From the NCBI GenBank assembly GCA_964291405.2, contig OZ219926.1, positions 3,808,001 to 3,872,000 of the forward strand: a stretch of DNA of 64,000 nt, written 5' to 3'. Below, one piece after another: positions 36,744 to 45,130 of the stretch. The first letter of the stretch is position 1. Each line of letters starts with the position of its first letter. The notes under the pieces were generated by a model that saw only the letters and a list, made by a program, of their open reading frames with translations, had not been told where the DNA came from and did not search any database. This DNA comes from Thermodesulfobacteriota bacterium (GTDB lineage Bacteria > Desulfobacterota > Binatia > Bin18). Both the position numbers and the translations under genes were made by a program.

Positions 36744-37658
36744 ATGAAGTGCCTCTCAGCCTTGGTTGGGCTCCTCATGCTGTCGGCCCTCATTGGCTGC
36801 GCGTCCCGTTCTCAACCCGCCGCACGCGCAGTTGCCAGGGCCTCCACTGCGGCCGTGTTTGCGAGTATGGAAGCGAACCGGGCCGCAGCACAGGCCGAGC
36901 CGCTGGCCCAGTTATACGAGATTACTGATACGGACTTATCGTGCGAACAGGCCCAGCAACTCGCCTACCGGACAGTCGAGCGGATGGGGTATCGCGTCAC
37001 GAGTGCAACCAGGGCTGCGCCGGGAAAAACCGGAGCGATACAGGCGCGGCAAAGACGGTCGGGTCAGACGGCGCTGGTTCAGGTGACGGTTCGGTGTCAG
37101 CCGCAGGGCGTGGTTGTTGACGCCGCCTCGCTCAGCACCTTGGACGTGGCCTCCCCTACGCCGCACCCGCTCGTGACGGATTATCACGAGCGAGAGGCCC
37201 CGCGTCTCACCAAGAACCGCCCGCCACCGACCACCTACTTCCGGCGCGCGTTTTATTCCCTGTTTCACGGGCTGGCCGACCAAGTCAAACGCTACGGACC
37301 CGAAGGCCAGGTGTATGTGCATATCCGGCCCCTGCCGCCGATGGAGGCGGAGTTGCTCTTTGGTGTCCACACGCCGGACATTTTTATCGTTGCCGTAGAA
37401 GTCGCCAATCGGACGCAACAGACCTATGTGTTCGATACGGAGCAGGTCCACCTCCTCTCGGCCACAGGAGGCACCGTCCGGGCTCTAGCAGAAAAAGATG
37501 CCGCCAGTCTCCCGCCACCTATGGTCAGTCAGGCGCTTGCGTCTCATGTCGCCACGCACGGCTATTTGTATTACCCGGCGGGGGAGTATCTGAGCGTGCA
37601 GGGCACTCTGACGGAGGTGCAGAGTCAGGAGCGGCAGGGCTTTCAGATTGAGTTCTGA
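36744..37658 (+). CDS. Putative lipoprotein, unknown function
   Basis: MKCLSALVGLLMLSALIGC lipobox-like signal; directly follows the Tat LLM gene. Confidence 0.65.
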   Translation: MKCLSALVGLLMLSALIGCASRSQPAARAVARASTAAVFASMEANRAAAQAEPLAQLYEITDTDLSCEQAQQLAYRTVERMGYRVTSATRAAPGKTGAIQARQRRSGQTALVQVTVRCQPQGVVVDAASLSTLDVASPTPHPLVTDYHEREAPRLTKNRPPPTTYFRRAFYSLFHGLADQVKRYGPEGQVYVHIRPLPPMEAELLFGVHTPDIFIVAVEVANRTQQTYVFDTEQVHLLSATGGTVRALAEKDAASLPPPMVSQALASHVATHGYLYYPAGEYLSVQGTLTEVQSQERQGFQIEF

Positions 37659-37720
37659 TTGGCCTGGCCCCGCTTCTTTGCTACGTTCCTTTGACAACGC
37701 CAGTAGAGGGAGGGCTCGCC

Positions 37721-38131
37721 ATGTATTCCATGCGGAAAATTTCCGGCATTGAAAAGTTTATTCATCCTGCGGTTATTCACCAGACCTTGGTGAAGGAGGA
37801 TTCTCGAAACGTTGAAATCTGGATGCAGACCTCGCAGCCGGGCAAGCCGACCCCAACCCACTATCATTCGGGCGAAGAGATTCTTATTGTTCTCAAGGGA
37901 ACCGGCTGGTGTCAGGTAGATGGGAAGCAGATCGATTTCGGACCCAACAGCGTCCTGACCGTTCCTGCCTACACCCCGCATAAAATCTGCACAACCGGTG
38001 AGGAAGAGATGCAGGCGATTGCAGTTCTGGAAACCCCGGTCGAAATTTTCAATCGTGCCGGCGAGCCGATTCAATTGCCCTGGCCCTACGGAGAAACGCC
38101 GGGCACGCTTGAGCCGACGCTGCCCGAGTGA
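37721..38131 (+). CDS. Cupin-domain protein
   Basis: PTHYHSGEEILIVLKG and VPAYTPH. Confidence 0.85.
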   Translation: MYSMRKISGIEKFIHPAVIHQTLVKEDSRNVEIWMQTSQPGKPTPTHYHSGEEILIVLKGTGWCQVDGKQIDFGPNSVLTVPAYTPHKICTTGEEEMQAIAVLETPVEIFNRAGEPIQLPWPYGETPGTLEPTLPE

Positions 38132-38162
38132 GTGAGTAGAAGATCAAGCGAGGGAAGATAGT

Positions 38163-39935
38163 ATGAAAAAGTTTCTGGCACGGACGCTCATGCTGATTGG
38201 CGCGTGGGTCGTCGTTATGGCCATTGTCGGTGCTATCGCTACTCTGATGAGCCAAGAGAGTCTGCCGGAGCACATCGTACTTGAGATCGACTTTGAGCGC
38301 GAGTTTGCCGAGTATATTCCAACCGATCCGCTGGCGAGCGTCCTCATGGAACAGACCGTGTCGGTCCGGGATATTGTTGACGCGCTGCGCCAGGCGGCTA
38401 CCGACGAGCGCGTTCTGGCCCTGGTCGCACGTACAGGCACTCCGCGTATGGGTCTGGCGGAAATCCAAGAGGTGCGGGACGCGGTCATGGCCTTTCGGAA
38501 CAGTGGCAAGCCGACCGTTGCCTATGCCGAGACCTTTGGCGAGTTCGGACCTGGAAACGGAGCGTATTATCTGGCAGCTGCCTTTGACCGCATCTATCTC
38601 CAACCCTCCGGGGACATCGGCCTCACCGGTCTGATGGCGGAATCGGCCTTCGTCAGCGGGACGCTGGAAAAGCTGGGCCTCTCGCCCCGTATGGACCACC
38701 GCTACGAGTATAAAAACGCGCTCAATATGTTCACCGAAAAAAAATACACCCAACCCCATCGTGAGGCGATCCTCCAGATTATTGAATCCCAGTTCGGCCA
38801 GATCGTGCAGGGCATTGCCGCGGGCCGAGGCTTGGAAGCCGGTGCGGTACGAGCCCTGGTTGACCGTGGGCCGTTTCTCGGCAAGCAAGCGCTGGCGGAA
38901 AACCTGGTTGACGGGCTGACGTATCGGGATGAAGTCCAGGCCATCATCGACGATGACCTTGGCGAGGAGGTAGAACGCGTCAGTTTGTTTACCTACCTCC
39001 GCCAGATGGGTCGCCCGCACAGTGAAGGGGAGGCGATTGCGCTCATTTACGGAGTCGGTGGGGTGCATCGCGGCAAGAGCGAATACAGCGCTGCACTGAG
39101 CGGGCCGACGATGGGATCGGACTCTGTGTCGGCGGCGTTTCGTTCTGCCGTGCAGGACGACACAGTGAAGGCCATTCTGTTTCGGATTGACAGTCCGGGC
39201 GGCTCCTATGTTGCCTCCGATACGATTTGGCGTGAGACCGTCCGAGCCAAGGAGGCGGGTAAACCGGTCATTGTCTCTATGGGCAACGTGGCCGGCTCGG
39301 GCGGCTATTTTGTGGCTGCGGCTGCGGACAAAATTGTGGCCCAGCCCGGTACGATTACCGGCTCCATCGGGGTGGTTGGTGGGAAGATGCTCACCGCTGA
39401 ACTCATGGAGAAAATCGGTATCTCATCGGACGAGGTGCATACCAGTACCAATGCCACCATGTGGTCAAGCTCGCTCGATTATACGCCTCAGCAGTGGCAC
39501 CGGATCACGACCTGGCTCGATCATGTGTACGCAGACTTTACGCAGAAAGTTGCCCAGGGAAGGGGTCTCACCCAGGAACAGGTGCACGCCGTGGCAAAGG
39601 GTCGGATTTGGACGGGTGAAGATGCCAAAGATATTGGCCTGATCGACGAGCTCGGCGGCTTCCCGGCAGCGCTGCGTCTCGCCAAACAAGCGGCGGGGAT
39701 CGCGGAAGATGCACCGGTGCAGGTCAAACTCTTTCCTGAACAGAAAACACTCGTTGACACGGTCCTGTCTCGTCTCCAGGGTCGAGAGGACGCCGCGGCT
39801 GAGGCCAGTCCGACGGCAGCGGCTCTGCGCCAGGTCATGCAAGCCGTACGACCGGTTATCCAGATGGGACAGCGCCTTGGGCTGTGGTCCGAGCCTGGTG
39901 TGTTGACCATGCCCCACTGGGAGACGGCGTGGTGA
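38163..39935 (+). CDS. sppA: Signal peptide peptidase SppA (protease IV, long form)
   Basis: FRNSGKP, YYLAAA, EYKNA, RIDSPGGS, SMGNVAGSGGY, TITGSIGV, GRIWTG. Confidence 0.92.
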   Translation: MKKFLARTLMLIGAWVVVMAIVGAIATLMSQESLPEHIVLEIDFEREFAEYIPTDPLASVLMEQTVSVRDIVDALRQAATDERVLALVARTGTPRMGLAEIQEVRDAVMAFRNSGKPTVAYAETFGEFGPGNGAYYLAAAFDRIYLQPSGDIGLTGLMAESAFVSGTLEKLGLSPRMDHRYEYKNALNMFTEKKYTQPHREAILQIIESQFGQIVQGIAAGRGLEAGAVRALVDRGPFLGKQALAENLVDGLTYRDEVQAIIDDDLGEEVERVSLFTYLRQMGRPHSEGEAIALIYGVGGVHRGKSEYSAALSGPTMGSDSVSAAFRSAVQDDTVKAILFRIDSPGGSYVASDTIWRETVRAKEAGKPVIVSMGNVAGSGGYFVAAAADKIVAQPGTITGSIGVVGGKMLTAELMEKIGISSDEVHTSTNATMWSSSLDYTPQQWHRITTWLDHVYADFTQKVAQGRGLTQEQVHAVAKGRIWTGEDAKDIGLIDELGGFPAALRLAKQAAGIAEDAPVQVKLFPEQKTLVDTVLSRLQGREDAAAEASPTAAALRQVMQAVRPVIQMGQRLGLWSEPGVLTMPHWETAW

Positions 39936-39942
39936 GGCGACT

Positions 39943-40410
39943 TTACTGAAGCTCAGCCTGCGCTGCCTGCTGCACCGGCTGCGCTTGTATCGCCACCGGG
40001 GTCAGGTTCATCAGATTGTCCGAGACCGGACAGCGCGTTTCTATGGTCGCCAGCCATTGGTCCAGGGTGGCCTGATCGACATCGGCGTCAACCTTGAGTG
40101 TGACGTCAATGTTTTTGTATCCAGCCCGATCATCCGTCTGTCTGCCGAGCAGTTTGTTCGGATTGAGCGGACCGGCCGCATTGATGGTCAGGGACCGAAT
40201 CGTAAAGCCCATTTCTTTGGCAATAATATGCCCCATCACATTGAGACAGCCGGCCAAGCCGGCCAGGATATACTCAACCGGATTCGGCCCTTCGTCATCC
40301 CCGCCGAGACCCGGCGGTTCATCAACGATCAGCTCAAACCCTCTAACCTGAACCGCCAGGCGGGCGGGCGATTCCGACTGTCCTGAAACCTTGAATGTGA
40401 CATCAGACAT
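39943..40410 (-). CDS. OsmC/Ohr-family protein
   Basis: VDEPPGLGG, GPNPVEYILAGLAGC, RCPVSD. Confidence 0.88.
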   Translation of the reverse strand: MSDVTFKVSGQSESPARLAVQVRGFELIVDEPPGLGGDDEGPNPVEYILAGLAGCLNVMGHIIAKEMGFTIRSLTINAAGPLNPNKLLGRQTDDRAGYKNIDVTLKVDADVDQATLDQWLATIETRCPVSDNLMNLTPVAIQAQPVQQAAQAELQ

Positions 40411-40422
40411 GAAGTGTCTCCT

Positions 40423-41175
40423 TTACGCCGCGAGTCTGCGGCTGCCCTGGGCGGCCGGCAGGGAGGGATCAATGACGAAGCGGAGGTGGGGCAGGTCGGT
40501 ATCACATTGCGTCATGGTCGCAATAATCGGAGTCGTGCAGTGCAACCGCCCGGAGTCCCCCCAGGCTCCGGCTTTGAAGGTGATGAGGCGGGGCTTGCCG
40601 CGCTGCGCAGCCTGAAACACGTATTCCGGGTCAACCTGGACAATGACCGGCTTGTCCTGGTCCTGAACCCGAGCCAAGTGCAGGCTGTCGAGATAGGTAA
40701 TATCCGCACCTGAGATATGCTCGGGATTCTCCAACTCGATCTCCATGAGCGTTTCGCCGTCACGTTCAACCTTCCCAATCACCCGATCGTGGCGCGGCTG
40801 GAGCGAGACCGCCGCGGTCTCGACGGTAAACCCCCAGCGGGCTTGCAACTCGCTCACTGCCGGCTCGGTACTGGCATAGGCGTGCAGCAGGTAGCCGCGG
40901 GGCCGAATACCGGCCCGAACGATGATGCGGACCTGGGCGAGGGCGAACGGCCCGACCGGGCTGGCGGGATAATGCATGACCGAGAACGTGGCGTATGGCG
41001 GGATACTCGGATGGAGAGCGGGCGGAATGAGCCATTCCGCCGGTTCCTCGGCAATTTCATAGCTGAGTTGAAGAATCTCCGCGCCCTTCAGCTCCCAGGC
41101 ATCGGTATCAAGGCCGCTCATCAGCGGCGCTTGGGCTGCAGCGGCTTCAACGTCCTGTTTCCCAAACACCGGCAT
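40423..41175 (-). CDS. Acetoacetate-decarboxylase-like fold protein
   Basis: LIPPAL, SPVGPF, ARWGF. The ATG overlaps the upstream LLM stop (TAATG). Confidence 0.65.
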   Translation of the reverse strand: MPVFGKQDVEAAAAQAPLMSGLDTDAWELKGAEILQLSYEIAEEPAEWLIPPALHPSIPPYATFSVMHYPASPVGPFALAQVRIIVRAGIRPRGYLLHAYASTEPAVSELQARWGFTVETAAVSLQPRHDRVIGKVERDGETLMEIELENPEHISGADITYLDSLHLARVQDQDKPVIVQVDPEYVFQAAQRGKPRLITFKAGAWGDSGRLHCTTPIIATMTQCDTDLPHLRFVIDPSLPAAQGSRRLAA

Positions 41176-42287
41176 TAGCTGGCTCCTCCCGCGACAGCGC
41201 GTTGCGGCTGCGAGTCGGCAAACGCGGGCATGACCTCTTTGGCAAAAAGCCGCAGACTGCCGAGGACCTGGGCCTGCGGAATGATCTCGGCAGCGTTGAG
41301 GAGGAAATTGACGCGGTCCACGCCGCTGGCTTCCCATTTTTTGAGTTCACCGATGAGATGTTCGGGATTCCCGACCGCGATCCCTTCCGGGGCTTTGAAC
41401 TGATCGCCGGGGCTGGATGCCTGGCGTCGCAGGGAGGGCAGCAGACCCGCGGCTGGATAAGATTTGGCTGGATATGCCTCTTTTGCCATATCCAACTGGG
41501 CCGCCATGTAATTGAAATGGCGAATCATCTTCATGCCGGTTTTGGCGCCGGTTTCATTGTCCGGGTGGCAGTACAGGAAGTTGACGGTCGCAACCTGGTT
41601 GTTCACAAACGCACCAACCGGATTACAGTTCTGCACGCGGCGGCGATACTCTTTGACCTTGGCTTCCTGCTCGGCAAAGCTGGTAAAGGTCACCCCCAGA
41701 CAGCCGATGCCGCGATCCGCGGCGTCAAGCTCGGTGCCCGGACTGGTGACGGCCACCCACATGGGCGGATGGGGTTTCTGATAGGGCTTGGGCAGCACCG
41801 CCCGTGACGGCATGGAGAAATACTGGCCCTCATAGCCAAAGCGCTCCTGCGTCCACATCTTCGGGATGCAGTGGACAAACTCGTCCCAGCTCTTCTTGGT
41901 CTCGTCCGGACTGGCCCGAAAGCCTCCCAACTCGGTCCAGGTTGCCGACCGTCCAGTCCCGAACTGGAGCCGTCCGCCGGATAAAATATCCAGCACCGCG
42001 GCGCGTTCGGCAATCCGAATCGGGTGGTTGAATTCCGGCACGCAAATGACGATGCCGTGGCCGACGTTGATATGCTTGGTCTGCATGGCGCACGCCGTCA
42101 GAAAAAGCTCGGGAGACGAACAGTGGGAGTATTCTTCCAGGAAGTGATGCTCTACCGCCCAGACCTGCTCAAAGCCGAGTTCGTCGGCCAGGCGGACTTG
42201 CTCCAGCGCATTCATATAGACGCTGCGCTCGGCCTCTTGGTCCCAGGGCCGGGGAACGGATAGCTCATAAAAAATACCGAACTTCAT
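41175..42287 (-). CDS. LLM-class flavin-dependent oxidoreductase
   Basis: MKFGIFYE, WAVEHHF, LSGGRLQFGTGR, PKPYQKPHPPMW. Confidence 0.9.
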   Translation of the reverse strand: MKFGIFYELSVPRPWDQEAERSVYMNALEQVRLADELGFEQVWAVEHHFLEEYSHCSSPELFLTACAMQTKHINVGHGIVICVPEFNHPIRIAERAAVLDILSGGRLQFGTGRSATWTELGGFRASPDETKKSWDEFVHCIPKMWTQERFGYEGQYFSMPSRAVLPKPYQKPHPPMWVAVTSPGTELDAADRGIGCLGVTFTSFAEQEAKVKEYRRRVQNCNPVGAFVNNQVATVNFLYCHPDNETGAKTGMKMIRHFNYMAAQLDMAKEAYPAKSYPAAGLLPSLRRQASSPGDQFKAPEGIAVGNPEHLIGELKKWEASGVDRVNFLLNAAEIIPQAQVLGSLRLFAKEVMPAFADSQPQRAVAGGAS

Positions 42288-42382
42288 GCTGACCTCCTTT
42301 GACGATGACGAACGACGGAACGCCTCTCAACTTCCTGTCGTGTGTATCCTACATTCCGGGTTTCCGTAAAGAGGAAACCCGT

Positions 42383-43171
42383 CTAGTGTGCCCCGCCTTT
42401 CCGAAATGGGGCAAGGGCCTCGGCGGCGCGCTGCGCTTCCCGGCGCAGCAGAATCAGATCGGTGCCATACAACAGATATTGCGCGCCGCTATCGACAATA
42501 GCCTGAATATTATCGAGTTGGGTCACGGCCGCAGCCGTCGCGATGCCTCGCTCGTGACACAGCGCATTTACCCGGGTAGTCGCTTCGAGCAATTCAGGAT
42601 TATTGAATTGGCCCGGCGCGCCAAGGCTTTGAGCCAAGTCCTGATAGCCGACCAGGCAGAGATTAATGCCGGGAATCAGAATCTCGTCCATATTCTCCAC
42701 GGCCTCTCTGGTCTCGATGATCACGCCGAGCAAGGTGTTGGTATTGGCGTGCTGCATGGCCGTCTGCGTCTCAACATCTTCATATTCGGTATTCGCTCCC
42801 AGATAGATGGCCGTCCCGCGCTTCCCCTCGGGATGGTATTTGGCCAGCTCAATGAAGCGTTGCACCTCAGCCCCGGTTTTGACATGTGGCACAATCAGGC
42901 TCTGACACCCGCAGTCGAGCAGACGTGTCACGTGCTCATACTCAAGATCAGGAATGCGGACCACCGGGGTCATCCCGGCCGCATGGGCGTAGTCGCACAG
43001 ATCGACTACTGTTTCCAGGTTGTAGGCCGAGTGCTCGGTGCAGATCATGATGAAGTCCATGCCGGCCTGCGCCAGCGTATGGATGGCCCCGCGGCTCTTG
43101 ATGTCCCACACCAGCGTTCCCAGCGCAAAGTCTCCGGCCTTGAGTGATTTTTTAAGTGTATTGTCTCGCAT
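42383..43171 (-). CDS. HpcH/HpaI-family aldolase
   Basis: DFIMICTEHS, VVRIP, IVPHV, YHPEGKRG, IIETREAVENMDEI, GYQDL. Confidence 0.88.
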   Translation of the reverse strand: MRDNTLKKSLKAGDFALGTLVWDIKSRGAIHTLAQAGMDFIMICTEHSAYNLETVVDLCDYAHAAGMTPVVRIPDLEYEHVTRLLDCGCQSLIVPHVKTGAEVQRFIELAKYHPEGKRGTAIYLGANTEYEDVETQTAMQHANTNTLLGVIIETREAVENMDEILIPGINLCLVGYQDLAQSLGAPGQFNNPELLEATTRVNALCHERGIATAAAVTQLDNIQAIVDSGAQYLLYGTDLILLRREAQRAAEALAPFRKGGAH

Positions 43172-43331
43172 ACATTCTCCTCCTGTGAGGAGATTATTCT
43201 GCGGAGACAAGGGACGTGTCAAGGAACGCAAAGAAGAGATATGCTGCTTTAGACCTATGAAGCTGAAATACCGAAGACGGCCAGTCGTAATGGAATCCTC
43301 TCGCACGCGGGGTGCCTGTACCTCAAAACCA

Positions 43332-44270
43332 ATGTCGCGTCCGTTGTTTCCGGCCTCTCTTCTCTGTCTTTTTATCTCGATCTCTGTCTCTCTGGCTCCT
43401 CACGCCTGGGCCGATATCATTGCGGCTATGGGGGCGAAGGAAATCCGCGCAAGCCGGACGCTGGTTGGAGCTGTCCAAACCGTAAAGATGGAAAGGGTGT
43501 TGTTTGTGAACCCGCCCGGAGAGCCGGACACGTGGATTGAGGACGAACGGATACTCACGGCGATCACTCATTACGGCAGGGATGGAGCACTCATGGAAAG
43601 GATAGAGTACGCGCCTGACGGAGCAGTGATGGTCCGCGCCGTCCGCCAGTATAACCGGGCGAGCAAGCTGAGTATCGAACAGTTGTATAACTCCCAGGGG
43701 ACGCTCTGGCGGCAGACCAGCCATACCTATGATGAGGCGGGCCGTCTGACACAGGCGGTGAGTACCGATGTGGACGGCGATCTCTGGTTTCGAGATGTCT
43801 ATACGTACACCGAAGGTGGCCGGCCAGATCACATAGATCACCACGATCCGGACGGAACCTTTCTCCATCGAGCAAGTTTTAGCTACGATGGGGAGGGCCG
43901 GGTCGCTAAACGGTCCTTGTCCGACGCCGATGGCTCTCCGATCTCAAGTAACACCTATGTGTACGACGCCGATGGAAGAGTACAGGCCATCATCACCCAC
44001 GGACGAAGCGGGGCGCTGGCGTCGCGCTGGGTGTACGCCTATGACGAGCACGGGAACGAACGGGAGTGGGTAGAGTCTGACAGGGATGGCGCGATCCAGC
44101 GCAAAGAAGTCTATACCTATGAGTACGACGACCACGGGAACTGGGTAAAACAGGTCACCGCGGAGTGGATTCCGGACGGTGACGAGGGCTACCTCGAACC
44201 CGCAGAGGCAGTATATCGAACGATTACCTATTATCCGCAGGGCGGGGCCGGGGACAAGGAGGGTCTATAG
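43332..44270 (+). CDS. Secreted YD-repeat protein
   Basis: Signal peptide ending AWA; repeats YDEAGRL, YDGEGRV, YDADGRV, YDEHGN, YDDHGNW. Confidence 0.75.
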   Translation: MSRPLFPASLLCLFISISVSLAPHAWADIIAAMGAKEIRASRTLVGAVQTVKMERVLFVNPPGEPDTWIEDERILTAITHYGRDGALMERIEYAPDGAVMVRAVRQYNRASKLSIEQLYNSQGTLWRQTSHTYDEAGRLTQAVSTDVDGDLWFRDVYTYTEGGRPDHIDHHDPDGTFLHRASFSYDGEGRVAKRSLSDADGSPISSNTYVYDADGRVQAIITHGRSGALASRWVYAYDEHGNEREWVESDRDGAIQRKEVYTYEYDDHGNWVKQVTAEWIPDGDEGYLEPAEAVYRTITYYPQGGAGDKEGL

Positions 44271-44350
44271 GGTCGATTGAGTCCATTGAGTCCATTGAGT
44301 CTCCGAGACCCAACAGATCCTATAGACCCAAAAAACCCAACAGACCCCAA
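44261..44350. repeat. Inverted array of 9-bp tandem repeats
   Basis: GGGTCTATA-GGGTCGATT-GAGTCCATT-GAGTCCATT followed by AGACCCAAC-AGATCCTAT-AGACCCAAA-AAACCCAAC-AGACCCCAA. Confidence 0.8.
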
Positions 44351-44354
44351 CCCT

Positions 44355-45005
44355 CTACGCCTTCATTCCCGCGGCTTTGGCCTTTTCGTGGATGCTGGAG
44401 GCCGCGCTGGCGCGACTATCGACGCGCGCAAACCAGGCCGTCAGGTTTTTCAGGTCCGGGCTGATCTTCTGGCCGACGCCGGCCCCAAAATCAAAGGCGC
44501 AGTACAGAATAATATCGACCAACGTAAACCGATCACCCACGATAAACTGTTTGCCCTCCATCAGGCCATCCAGCCAGGCGAGCTTTTCCTGCACGATTTC
44601 CTTGAGGCCGGCTGCGGCTTCGGGCAGACAGTGCATCCGGTCCTTAAACATGGCCAGGCCCTCGGCATAGCGGAAGCCGTTATACATATGTTCCGTGATC
44701 TGGAGCTCAATCCGCCGCTGCCACATGCGGGTTTCGGCTTTTTCCTCCGGGGTCGAGCCGATTAACGCCGGGCCGGACTGGGTGTCTTCGAGGTATTCGC
44801 AAATGGCGGTCGTTTCCGCCAGGACGCTACCATCGTCCAGCTCGATCGACGGCATTTGGCCGCCGGGGTTCTTCTCGGTATACGGCCCCTGCCGGTTCTC
44901 CGCACCCAGAATGTCTACCTCGATCGTATCGAGCGTTATGCCTTTCTCCGCCATGAACATGCGGACGCAGCGCGGATTCGGACCGAGTGAATTATACATT
45001 CTCAT
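44355..45005 (-). CDS. Glutathione S-transferase family protein
   Basis: GPNPRCVRMFMAEKG, NPGGQMP, AETTAICEYLE, GDRFTLVDI. Confidence 0.9.
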   Translation of the reverse strand: MRMYNSLGPNPRCVRMFMAEKGITLDTIEVDILGAENRQGPYTEKNPGGQMPSIELDDGSVLAETTAICEYLEDTQSGPALIGSTPEEKAETRMWQRRIELQITEHMYNGFRYAEGLAMFKDRMHCLPEAAAGLKEIVQEKLAWLDGLMEGKQFIVGDRFTLVDIILYCAFDFGAGVGQKISPDLKNLTAWFARVDSRASAASSIHEKAKAAGMKA

Positions 45006-45130
45006 AAGAGCCTCCTTCGTGGGATATATTGTAGAGCGGTTTAGCCTATTTGGTCCACGAGGCGCAAGCAGGGAATTGAACGACGCTCACCGGATTTCAC
45101 TGCCGGCCACGTTGGCCGTGCCGGTACTTG

